Assembly: GCA_964640225.1 (NCBI GenBank)
Contig: CAZXFI010000002.1
Location: 1-57,198, forward strand
DNA length: 57,198 bases
Direction: 5' to 3'
From: an uncultured archaeon
GTDB taxonomy: Archaea > Aenigmatarchaeota > Aenigmatarchaeia > PWEA01 > JAGHBM01
The translations under genes were made by a program, and so were the position numbers. The notes under the pieces were generated by a model that saw only the letters and a list, made by a program, of their open reading frames with translations, did not search any database and was not told the DNA's origin. Below, piece after piece: positions 8,809 through 17,117 of the stretch (positions within the stretch are counted from its first letter, which is position 1; each line of letters opens with the position of its first letter).

Positions 8809-10101
8809 TCAGCTTTTTTTATGTCCCATTATCGCGGTGTTGTAGGACATGTTTGCGTAAGTGAACCCTCTTTCCGGGGAATAGGTGCCTTCCCCGGTGG
8901 AGAAAAACAAAAGGAAGGGCTTGTCCCTCATATATTTCCTTATTGTTTTTCTTATCTCCGCCACGTTGTTGCCCAGAGTCTGTAGTATGGTTATGCATAC
9001 AGAGAACAGTCCGAACTCCGGTTTCATGCCCTTGAAGGAGGCCATGTTAGTTTCCATGGAGTCTATCAGGCTCTTCCCGCTCATGTTCATTATCCAGGCA
9101 TCTCCCTTATCCACCTTGCACGGCGTGACAATATAATCCTTGAGTACAAGGGCCATAACCGCGGGAACCTCCCGGTCGTGCCTTTTCATGGAGAGGGGAT
9201 AATAGAAAATCTTTAAAAGAAGCGTTTCATCATTCAGGAAACCCCGGGGCCAGTTCAGCAGCCTGCTTAATTCGGGAACGGCCGGCCTGCCGTTTATCTC
9301 CTGGATTATGTGGCCGTCCTTGCTTAACTTCGTTATCTTTAGCTTTACGTTGCTTTTCTTCATTCCGTGGTTTGTAAACACGTCAAAGTCAAGGTCCGTG
9401 GCTATGCCCAGTCCCACGACGCTGTTTTCCAGAACCCTGTTGCCGAAAAACTGGCAGTTGTACATTCCCTTGAAATTGTCCGTGGAGGAGCCCAGAATCA
9501 TGCCGTAATCGGGAAGTTTTTTTGCGATTTCCTCAAAAATTTCGTCCTCTCTTCCGAGGCCTTTCTGCATTAGAATCTGGGAAACGGAAAAAAACTTGGT
9601 TATGGACTTGCTGAGGAACTCGGAGTCTATGACCTTCCTGTAGCCGTATCCCGGTATCTTCAGCACAACAGAACCGGAAACAAAATCAAAGACAAACCTG
9701 TTTCTATACAAGGAATTCTCAAAATCCTCCTCAATCATCCCGATGAATTTTTTCGCGGCTTTTTCCGGGTTTCTCTTGGTCTGCATCCCGTAGCCCATGG
9801 CCACATCCATGTTCGGGTAGGAGACGGCAAGGGCCGTTGCCCCGCGGGTGAAGCATCCGTCCTGGCTTATGAAACCCGGAACAGTCCCCCCTATCAGCGG
9901 CGTTCCCTTCGGCAAAACTTCCCAGACTCCCTCCAGGAACTTCTCAAAGCCTCCGTTATCTTTGTAGTGCACCGTGGAAAACAGAAGAAAGAAATCTGGC
10001 TTAGCACCCAGCCTGTCAAGTGCGTCCTTGGTCACTTCCCTGCCGGCCTCTTTTGCGTCCCACTTCCTAGAGAGCCCCACTGCCGCCTTTGGTTGAACCG
10101 T
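8809..10101 (-). CDS. FIST-domain sensory protein, copy 2
   Basis: LIGGTVPG, QEINGRPA and STGEG motifs. Start is either ACG at 10101 (behind a GGTGA RBS) or GTG at 10080. Confidence 0.8.
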   Translation of the reverse strand, partial: TVQPKAAVGLSRKWDAKEAGREVTKDALDRLGAKPDFFLLFSTVHYKDNGGFEKFLEGVWEVLPKGTPLIGGTVPGFISQDGCFTRGATALAVSYPNMDVAMGYGMQTKRNPEKAAKKFIGMIEEDFENSLYRNRFVFDFVSGSVVLKIPGYGYRKVIDSEFLSKSITKFFSVSQILMQKGLGREDEIFEEIAKKLPDYGMILGSSTDNFKGMYNCQFFGNRVLENSVVGLGIATDLDFDVFTNHGMKKSNVKLKITKLSKDGHIIQEINGRPAVPELSRLLNWPRGFLNDETLLLKIFYYPLSMKRHDREVPAVMALVLKDYIVTPCKVDKGDAWIMNMSGKSLIDSMETNMASFKGMKPEFGLFSVCITILQTLGNNVAEIRKTIRKYMRDKPFLLFFSTGEGTYSPERGFTYANMSYNTAIMGHKKS

Positions 10102-11404
10102 CTAACTCACCTGTTTTGTCGTTTTTGAACACCGCCACGTTGAAGCTCTCGTACTTGTTCCTGCATCCCTGCTCCGGCGTGTAGGTACATTCCCCTCCGC
10201 TGAAAAGAAGGAAGTACGGCGCGTCGCCCAGATAATTTTCTATCCTATCCTTTTCCTTGAACATGCTCGTGCCCAGGGCCTCCTGCCTCGCGGCGCACTC
10301 AGGAATTATGGCAAGCAGGGGCCGGCCGGAAAACCCTTCAAATGCCTCGTCCACCGCCCCTAGCAAAGATTTACCGGAAGCCTTTATTATGGTCATTTCA
10401 GGGTTGTCTATGGTCTTGGCCACTATTATGTAGTCGCCGTAAAACATTCCAAGTACTTCAGGATAGAGGGCTCCGTCCTTCTCAAAGGAGGGCAGGACGA
10501 ATAAGGTTCTTTTCAGGTGTTGCTCGTTTATGACTCCGGGCCTCCAGCCCAGGATTCTCAGGTACTCCTGCCTGGCGGGCTTCCCGTTTATCTCCTTTAT
10601 AATCAGTCCGGTTCTGTCCTTTTTGGTCACGGTGAATTTCTTGTCCGTTTTCCTGAATCCGAAGCCTGCATTGACGTAAGATTCAAGCTCCGACTTGAAG
10701 CCCAGGGCGACTATGGAGTTTTTGTAAACTTCCTTTCCCAGGAACTGCCTGTGGTAGGCGAACCTGCTGTCATCCCAGGTGGAGATACCCACGCCCTTGA
10801 AATCCGAAAGCGCTTTGGTAAGCTCCTCCCTCACGGGGTCGTTGCGTCCCATACCCCAGCCGAAAAGCCCCATGAGAGGCATCGCGAAGGAGACAGCCTT
10901 GGCTATGAATTTGCTTTCTATCACCTTTCTTTTTCCCACCACCGGTATTTTCGGAAGTAGCGCGGAAGAAGTAAAGTCAATAAAAAACCCGTTTTTGCAG
11001 GGGGATGCCGCGAGCTGCCTCCTGATTTCCTCCCCTGTTTTCCTCCCGGCCTTTTTGGGATTGCCTTTCGTGCCTTTACCGAATGCCGAGGCCACGTCCA
11101 TCCGGTCGCACGCCACCGCAAGCATCACTGCGCCCCAGCTGAAACATCCCCGGGGAATCATGAAGCCGGACGTGGTGCCGCCTATAAGGTGTGTTCCCTC
11201 CGGCAGGACCTCCCAGACTCCGTCCAGAAGTTTTTGGTAACCGCCGTTCCTGTAGTACTCGTAGGTGCAGGATAGAATAACGAACCTGGGTTTGCCCCCG
11301 AGCCTGTCCAGCGCGTCCCGCGCAACCTCCCTTCCCGCTTCCTTCGGGTCCCATTTACGGGACATACCCACAACTGCCTTGAATCCTGATAAATTGCTCA
11401 TCAT
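10067..11404 (-). CDS. FIST-domain sensory protein, copy 3
   Basis: Close paralogue of copy 1 with the same motifs. ATGA overlap with the upstream gene. Confidence 0.82.
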   Translation of the reverse strand: MMSNLSGFKAVVGMSRKWDPKEAGREVARDALDRLGGKPRFVILSCTYEYYRNGGYQKLLDGVWEVLPEGTHLIGGTTSGFMIPRGCFSWGAVMLAVACDRMDVASAFGKGTKGNPKKAGRKTGEEIRRQLAASPCKNGFFIDFTSSALLPKIPVVGKRKVIESKFIAKAVSFAMPLMGLFGWGMGRNDPVREELTKALSDFKGVGISTWDDSRFAYHRQFLGKEVYKNSIVALGFKSELESYVNAGFGFRKTDKKFTVTKKDRTGLIIKEINGKPARQEYLRILGWRPGVINEQHLKRTLFVLPSFEKDGALYPEVLGMFYGDYIIVAKTIDNPEMTIIKASGKSLLGAVDEAFEGFSGRPLLAIIPECAARQEALGTSMFKEKDRIENYLGDAPYFLLFSGGECTYTPEQGCRNKYESFNVAVFKNDKTGELDGSTKGGSGAL

Positions 11405-11790
11405 AAGGTATTGCCCTTTTCCAGAAGCTCTATTATACTTTCTCTTGTGTTTTCAAGCTCCACTTCAAGCAGTCCGCGATTTGCCAGGGCCGGTATGAGG
11501 GCAACAAGGGCGGTGTCGGTCTCAGGTAGAATGAAGAAAATAACGTCGTATTTCCCAAGCTCAAAGTAGATCTTGTTGAGCCCGTATGCCGAGTACTCCT
11601 TGATTATGCTAAAGAACTGGTTCATTGTCTTCTCCAGAGAGCCCCATACTCCCTTGAGCTCGGGATCCCTGGATTCCTCTATCAACACGACTCCGTCAAG
11701 CTCCCTCCTGGCCACCATGCAGGCGTAAACGTCTTCAAGCTTGAGCAAATTATTCCTTAATATAGCTTCTATCTCCGTGTTTAAAGACAT
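11401..11790 (-). CDS. Roadblock/LC7 (MglB/profilin-like) fold protein
   Basis: About 129 aa with a helix, beta-hairpin, helix, three strands, helix pattern. Co-oriented between the KaiC-like gene and the FIST genes. Confidence 0.55.
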   Translation of the reverse strand: MSLNTEIEAILRNNLLKLEDVYACMVARRELDGVVLIEESRDPELKGVWGSLEKTMNQFFSIIKEYSAYGLNKIYFELGKYDVIFFILPETDTALVALIPALANRGLLEVELENTRESIIELLEKGNTL

Positions 11791-11794
11791 GCTT

Positions 11795-12475
11795 TTAACC
11801 CGTTACTTCTATGCCCTTGGGACCGAATTTCATTTCCAAAGCCTTCAGCGTGTGGTAAGTTCCGCGCATTTTTCTTATCTTAACCTTTCTGGTGTCCAAG
11901 GCCTCGTGTATGGTCAGTATTATGACCCCATCCACAATGTACGATTCAACCTCTTCAGAAATGTCAACCTCGTCCGACCTTGACTCCGCCATTATCAGCG
12001 TGGTTAGTCCTGCCCTCTTCAGCGCATCGCAAGTGGAGCTCACCGTGAACTTTATGTTGGTTCCTATGAGGTATTCAAGGGTCTGCATGCTGTCTATCAC
12101 TATTCTCTTGGCGTTTATCTCGTCCGCTCTCTCTATTATGAAGGATATAAGGTCTCTTTTCCCTTCCTCAGCGGAGGACTTGTCGTATATTCTTACAAGG
12201 TTCTGCTCTTCCAACTTCTGCAGGTCAAAGCCGAAATTGGCCATGTCCTGCTTCAGTTGGGCAATGTCCTGCTCAAAATTTATGAGAACGCCGGGTTCTC
12301 CGTGTTCCAAAGCTCCCTTGTAAAGAAACTGGACGCCAAAAGTAGTTTTTCCCGTTCCGCAGCCGCCTGCCACAAGCACTGTCCTGGGTCCCGGAGGCAG
12401 TCCGCCTCCCATCTTCTCGTCTAATCCGGGTATACCTATTGGTCTCCTTTCTTCTGCCATACTTATTATTTCCAT
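11795..12475 (-). CDS. Single-domain KaiC/RAD55/GvpD-family RecA-like ATPase
   Basis: GIPGLDEKMGGG, Walker A GGCGTGKT, Walker B IVIDS, DGVIIL and KMRG arginine finger. Confidence 0.9.
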   Translation of the reverse strand: MEIISMAEERRPIGIPGLDEKMGGGLPPGPRTVLVAGGCGTGKTTFGVQFLYKGALEHGEPGVLINFEQDIAQLKQDMANFGFDLQKLEEQNLVRIYDKSSAEEGKRDLISFIIERADEINAKRIVIDSMQTLEYLIGTNIKFTVSSTCDALKRAGLTTLIMAESRSDEVDISEEVESYIVDGVIILTIHEALDTRKVKIRKMRGTYHTLKALEMKFGPKGIEVTG

Positions 12476-12536
12476 ATTCTTTAAATATAAACCTTTGTCT
12501 TTTGTTTTAAGTATTATGGATTTAATTTATTATTTC

Positions 12537-13160
12537 ATGGAAAAAAGATTCATAGTTTTTGAGGGTATAGACGGCTCCGGCAAGTCCACGCAGTTCAGGC
12601 TCTTCTGCGACAGGCTGAATAAGGAGGGCTGCCGGGTCTGGGAGACGCTGGAGCCCACCAAAAGAAACATAGGAAACGTGATAAGGGAAAGGCTTCATGC
12701 TGGGGCAGGGATGCCCGGAGACTGGGAGGGCCTCGTTTACGGCATGCTGTTCTACGCGGACAGGGTGGAGCACAACTTTGACATAAAAAGGGAGCTGGAT
12801 GCCGGAAAAACCGTGGTCTCCGACCGGTACTACCATTCAACTCTGGCCTACCAGAGGACCCAGGGGCTTGACATGGATTTCCTTCTGGACCTGCACGGTA
12901 AGCTCCAGCAAAGGGGCTATGTAAGGAAGCCGGATGTAACTTTCTTTGTGGACGTGCCCGCGGAAGAGGCCATGAAAAGGATAGACGCGAGGCCGAGGGA
13001 CAAGGTGGATATATTTGAGCGGACCAGGTTCCTGAAGGAGTTGAGGGAGAACTATCTCACACTCAAAGGCGCACTTGACGAAAGGATAGATTTAATAGAC
13101 GGAACCGGTCCGGTGGACGAAGTACACGAGAGGTTATGGTCCGTCTACGAACAGATATAA
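12537..13160 (+). CDS. tmk: Thymidylate kinase
   Basis: FIVFEGIDGSGKST P-loop, EP motif, LFYADR, SDRY. Confidence 0.93.
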   Translation: MEKRFIVFEGIDGSGKSTQFRLFCDRLNKEGCRVWETLEPTKRNIGNVIRERLHAGAGMPGDWEGLVYGMLFYADRVEHNFDIKRELDAGKTVVSDRYYHSTLAYQRTQGLDMDFLLDLHGKLQQRGYVRKPDVTFFVDVPAEEAMKRIDARPRDKVDIFERTRFLKELRENYLTLKGALDERIDLIDGTGPVDEVHERLWSVYEQI

Positions 13161-13196
13161 ATCTTTTTCCGCCCCATTATTAGAAAGGGTGTGGAA

Positions 13197-14537
13197 ATGG
13201 AATATTGTGGCGAATCCAGGGTAAAACTTATTGCTGTCACAGGGGGCTTGCATGACGAGCTTCTGGGCCCCGATGAAATATGCGCTATAGGCGCGCTGGG
13301 ATGTTTTGAGAAGAAGAGTTCCCAGCAGATATGGGAGGAATTGAAAGAAATGACTCCCAAAGGTTATGAAAAAAACTTGGAAGCGGTAACAGGCCACAGT
13401 GACGACAGGGGCCACGAGGCGTTTTCTGACCAGAGTTATTTCGTGTTCTCCATAGAAGATGCCACAAGGGCCACAACCCTTTCCCTCTGCGAGCCCGAAT
13501 ACCTTTCCCATCTCCAGCAGTCCTTGAGAAGGGCCACTGCTGACAGGGGGTTTTATATACCGGACGAGATAGCAGAATCTTCTCGGCTTGGGGAGACGGA
13601 AAAAATCCTGGCCGAGTCATTCTCTTTTTACCAGAGGGCCAGTGAAGCGGGAGTTCCCAAGGAGGACGCGAGGAACACCCTTCCGCTGTACGCCAAGACC
13701 AACATACAGACCGCGGGAACCGCCAGGGAACTCAGGCACCTGAAAAGCGTAAGCTTGGACGGCGGTGTGCCCTCCACGGTGGCTTTCACGGTGGAGGAAA
13801 TGATGATGCAGGCGGAAGAGATAGCGCCAAGGCTTTTCAGGGACAGGGGAGAAAAATACATGACGCTTTCAAAGAGACCATCTGCCCATCTTTTTGCGGA
13901 GACCAACGTGAGCATGAGCAAACTTATAAGGGACAAGGGGCATACTGACCGGCCGGCTCTTGTTTATTACTCGGGTATAGAAACTAACCGGGAGCAGGTG
14001 AGGGATGCCGTTGAAAACGGGAACCTGGCCGAGCTCGCGAACCTGAAGCACGTGCATTTCGGTTTTCTGGCTCCCATGTCGCTGTCGTGTTTTCACCAGG
14101 CCATAAGGCAGAGAACCTGGAACCATTCAATAGAGTCAATATACGACGCGGCCAAGAGGAGGCGGGCCGTGACCCCGCCGAAAATCGCGGATTTAGGATT
14201 TTCAGATGAATATGACCACCAGAACGAAATGATGTTTGACCTTTACGAAAGCCTTGTTGAGGACGGGGTTTCTGCGAGAGAGGCCGTCGGGGTTCTTCCC
14301 CATTCTCTTCAGGTTTACGACCTGGTTCACGTGGACGGCTGGAACGCTGTCCATTCCATAGGCAAAAGGACATGCACGAAAGCCCAGTGGGAGATAAGGG
14401 GGATAGCGAAGGAAATGGCCCGCCTGATAAAAGAGAAGAATCCTCCCGTGGGTGTGTACGCGGAGCCTCAATGTATAACGTACGATAGGTGCCCTGAGAG
14501 CGACCCCTGCGGATATTTCAAATCTCGTAGACCCTGA
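13197..14537 (+). CDS. thyX: Tandem-domain flavin-dependent thymidylate synthase-like protein
   Basis: Domain 1: GHEAFSDQ, QQSLR, EDARNTLP. Domain 2: FHQAIRQR-x7-S and KR-x4-AQWEIR. Lies downstream of tmk. Confidence 0.75.
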   Translation: MEYCGESRVKLIAVTGGLHDELLGPDEICAIGALGCFEKKSSQQIWEELKEMTPKGYEKNLEAVTGHSDDRGHEAFSDQSYFVFSIEDATRATTLSLCEPEYLSHLQQSLRRATADRGFYIPDEIAESSRLGETEKILAESFSFYQRASEAGVPKEDARNTLPLYAKTNIQTAGTARELRHLKSVSLDGGVPSTVAFTVEEMMMQAEEIAPRLFRDRGEKYMTLSKRPSAHLFAETNVSMSKLIRDKGHTDRPALVYYSGIETNREQVRDAVENGNLAELANLKHVHFGFLAPMSLSCFHQAIRQRTWNHSIESIYDAAKRRRAVTPPKIADLGFSDEYDHQNEMMFDLYESLVEDGVSAREAVGVLPHSLQVYDLVHVDGWNAVHSIGKRTCTKAQWEIRGIAKEMARLIKEKNPPVGVYAEPQCITYDRCPESDPCGYFKSRRP

Positions 14538-15186
14538 ACTTCCAGACTTCTTCCAGGGATTTCCTGAGGGAATCAAGCTTCATATGCCTTATGTTCAGGA
14601 CTCTCTCCATGACGCAGAACTTGTCAAGGTAGTTGCAGAACCCGCAGAACTTCTTGACTGTCTGCGAATCGCCGCCGAAGAAAACGTAGTCTATCTTGCT
14701 CTGGTAGGGGCCGAACTTCTCCCTCACCTGGGAGCATACCGACTTGAAGAAGTCGTTTATCTGCCCCTCCCTTATCCTTGAGTAGCGCGCAGCGCTCTGC
14801 CCCCCGGCCCTGGTCTGCCCGCTCACGAACTGGGTTCCGGTCTTGTGGGTGACCAGGTTTTTCCCCTCAAAAACACCCAATGAGTATTCGCCCAGCCTCA
14901 GCAGGATTACGCCCAGCGTGAATTTTCTTTCCATCTGAAGGTGAAGCAGGTTCAGGCCGTCTTCAAAAGTCTTTACTATGGGGAAAGGAGGTATTATTAT
15001 GTAGGATTTCTCCCCACTGAGAAGGATTGCGCCTGTCTCGCTTTTGCCTATCTTGTAGGCGGTTTCCTGTATTTTTTCGTCAAGCCCCTCCGAAAAATCG
15101 GGAAAGTCTTCAGGGTTTATGTAGCAGATTTCCCCGGTAAAGCTTTTTACGAGCTCCAGCATCCCCTCTTTGTTTTTCGTTTTCAT
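14518..15186 (-). CDS. VLRF1 (Vms1/acVLRF1-like) aeRF1-family peptidyl-tRNA release factor
   Basis: GQTRAGGQSAARYSRIRE motif, LLRLGEYSLGVFEG strand, VFFGGD. Confidence 0.75.
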   Translation of the reverse strand: MKTKNKEGMLELVKSFTGEICYINPEDFPDFSEGLDEKIQETAYKIGKSETGAILLSGEKSYIIIPPFPIVKTFEDGLNLLHLQMERKFTLGVILLRLGEYSLGVFEGKNLVTHKTGTQFVSGQTRAGGQSAARYSRIREGQINDFFKSVCSQVREKFGPYQSKIDYVFFGGDSQTVKKFCGFCNYLDKFCVMERVLNIRHMKLDSLRKSLEEVWKFRVYEI

Positions 15187-15753
15187 CTAACTCCTCTTCT
15201 TGTCAAACTTTTCAAAGAAGGCGGCGAAGTCCGAGAGGTATATGTCCTTGAGCTCCTTTCTTCCGGTCTTCATCTTGAACCTGTCAAGCAGTTCCTGCCT
15301 GCTGCTAACGCCGAAGTATCTCATAAACTCGTCGGTGAGAATAAGCATCTTGGTCCTACCGACCTTCTCGGTCTTTATCAGCCCCCGGAGCTCCAAATCC
15401 TTCACGTAGTCATAGGCCCGGTTGCCTATCGTCTTCACAATCTCGCTCTGGGTTATTCCTTTCTTGTACACTGCCAGGGAAAGAACTTTCAGCATGGCCC
15501 TGGAAAGGTCCGCGTAAGGAGTAAGGTGGGATACAAGGTCCAGGTATTTTTCCTTCACTTTTATGTGATAATTATTGTCTATGGAAAGGAGCTCCACTCC
15601 CCTGTGCTCCTGCTCCATTTCCGAACCTATCTGGCTGACCAGCCTGTTTATGTCAGGCTCCTTCAGGCCTGTTATTTTGGATAGCTCGGTTATGTTCAGG
15701 GGCTTGTCGGATATGAAGAGAGCCGCCTCCAGAAGAGCCTTTTTTTCATTCAT
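15187..15753 (-). CDS. scpB: SMC-kleisin accessory (kite) protein ScpB
   Basis: LLEAALF...P, tandem winged helices, ITQSEIVKTIG, GRTKMLILTDEFMRYFG. Confidence 0.9.
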   Translation of the reverse strand: MNEKKALLEAALFISDKPLNITELSKITGLKEPDINRLVSQIGSEMEQEHRGVELLSIDNNYHIKVKEKYLDLVSHLTPYADLSRAMLKVLSLAVYKKGITQSEIVKTIGNRAYDYVKDLELRGLIKTEKVGRTKMLILTDEFMRYFGVSSRQELLDRFKMKTGRKELKDIYLSDFAAFFEKFDKKRS

Positions 15754-16432
15754 CGGTATCTCCCTTTAGTTTTATGTATATGTCCTTAAAAACTTCCTTC
15801 TGCTCGCAGGAAACTTTTCCCCCCTGGGAAAGATGAAGCAGTGGAAGGAACTTGTCCACGATTTCCTTTCTCTCCCACTTGGGCACAAGCTTGTCAAAAG
15901 TTATCTCGCCGGCTCTGAGCTCGTCAAGTATTCCGTTTATGCTCTGGTAAAGGTTTTCTATCCTTTCGTCTATGTCCTCCTCGTCCTCTATCAGTTCCTC
16001 AACCCTTCTCCTGGCCCTGATTCTCTTGTCCTCCCTTATCTCCTTTGTGCGGAAAGCCTTGTCCAGGGCGGAAACCAGCTCCTCCAATGTGACTTTTCTT
16101 CTCGGGATTCTCTTTATCGGAGTTTCAAGGTCAGGGACCTGGGACAGGTCTATCAGTTCCTCCTCCTCCTCTTTCTCCTCCTGTTTTTGTTCCTCCTCTT
16201 CCAGGAGAAGCACCACCTTCATCCTGAGAAGTATGGCGGATATTATGATTATTCTTGAGGGCACCTTGAAATCCAGAATTTCCATTTTCTTTACGTAATC
16301 AAGAAGGGCGTTCGCCAGCTTGACTATGTCTATGTCCCAGGGGTCCATGCCTTCCTCCGTGATTATGTACTCCAGGACTTCCTCCCAGTTGGACTCGGTG
16401 GAGGCCATTTTGACTATATCCTTTTCTTCCAT
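15746..16432 (-). CDS. scpA: Kleisin ScpA
   Basis: MDPWDIDIVKL N-terminal motif and C-terminal FLPLLHL...KV...EQKEVFKDI. Start set at ATG 16432. Confidence 0.9.
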   Translation of the reverse strand: MEEKDIVKMASTESNWEEVLEYIITEEGMDPWDIDIVKLANALLDYVKKMEILDFKVPSRIIIISAILLRMKVVLLLEEEEQKQEEKEEEEELIDLSQVPDLETPIKRIPRRKVTLEELVSALDKAFRTKEIREDKRIRARRRVEELIEDEEDIDERIENLYQSINGILDELRAGEITFDKLVPKWERKEIVDKFLPLLHLSQGGKVSCEQKEVFKDIYIKLKGDTDE

Positions 16433-16535
16433 GAGACTCCCTGCCGTATTCAAGAGATAAAAGCACAAACTCGCTAAAACTTTATATATTATGATTGAGA
16501 AAGTTAAATAGATTAACACCCCCGAGGTAAAATTT

Positions 16536-17018
16536 ATGTTGGGAAACAAAGGTATATCTCCGCTAATAGCCGCGGTAATCCTCATAGCGTTCGTGATAGC
16601 AGTTGCAGGGATAGCGTCAACTTTCTTCACGGGATTCACCAAGGAGCAGAAGGCAGGAGTGGAATCCAAGGCAGGGACTATAGTGGACTGCTCTGTGGCG
16701 ACGCTGGAGCTGGACGATGATGCAGTCAGCATAAACATGAACTCCACCAGCCCCGGAAACTTCAGCCTCGTGGTATCAAACACGGGGAGCGAAGACCTGA
16801 GCGGGCTTAAGGTGATAGTTTTCAACAGCACCTACGCCGGAACGTGCGTGCCAACCACCCAGAGCGTAAACATAGGACAGACTGTAACGCTGATAAACAG
16901 CTCATGCGCCGAGATGCCAAGCGGAACCGCGACAAAAGTGCAGGTAACAACGGAGTCGTGCGCCGGAGTGAAATCCGAGCTCACGAACGTAACCGGAGAA
17001 TGGAGAGTAACTGCCTGA
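16536..17018 (+). CDS. Archaeal type IV pilin with class III signal peptide
   Basis: KG|ISPLIAAVILIAFVIAVAG cleavage and hydrophobic motif. Four Cys in the globular part. Confidence 0.88.
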   Translation: MLGNKGISPLIAAVILIAFVIAVAGIASTFFTGFTKEQKAGVESKAGTIVDCSVATLELDDDAVSINMNSTSPGNFSLVVSNTGSEDLSGLKVIVFNSTYAGTCVPTTQSVNIGQTVTLINSSCAEMPSGTATKVQVTTESCAGVKSELTNVTGEWRVTA

Positions 17019-17067
17019 ATTTTATTTTTTTAAATTTCGGCTAGAATCAGCTCTATTCTCGCTCCGG

Positions 17068-17116
17068 TTTTTTTTTAGTTTTCATGCATTTTTAACTTGC
17101 TTAAAAATATGAAAAC
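17068..17116. terminator. Poly(T) tract and hairpin between convergent pilin and smc genes
   Basis: T9 at 17068-17076, then GTTTTCAT..ATTTTTAA-CTTGC-TTAAAAAT-ATGAAAAC. Confidence 0.55.
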
Positions 17117-17117
17117 C

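Noticed and set aside
7383-11404. FIST repeats as a diversity-generating retroelement template/variable repeat pair
   Set aside because: Differences between copies 1 and 3 involve all four bases rather than adenines only, both copies are intact ORFs, and no reverse transcriptase is in the window.
14941-15684. Long antisense ORFs (e.g. 14941-15684, 7932-8687, 35899-36579, 25128-25769, 46852-47433)
   Set aside because: They are shadows of well-supported genes on the other strand or frame, with no recognisable motifs.
16433-16831. 133-aa N-terminal extension of ScpA in the ORF track
   Set aside because: It is the antisense of the pilin gene plus intergenic DNA. ScpA homology starts at ATG 16432.
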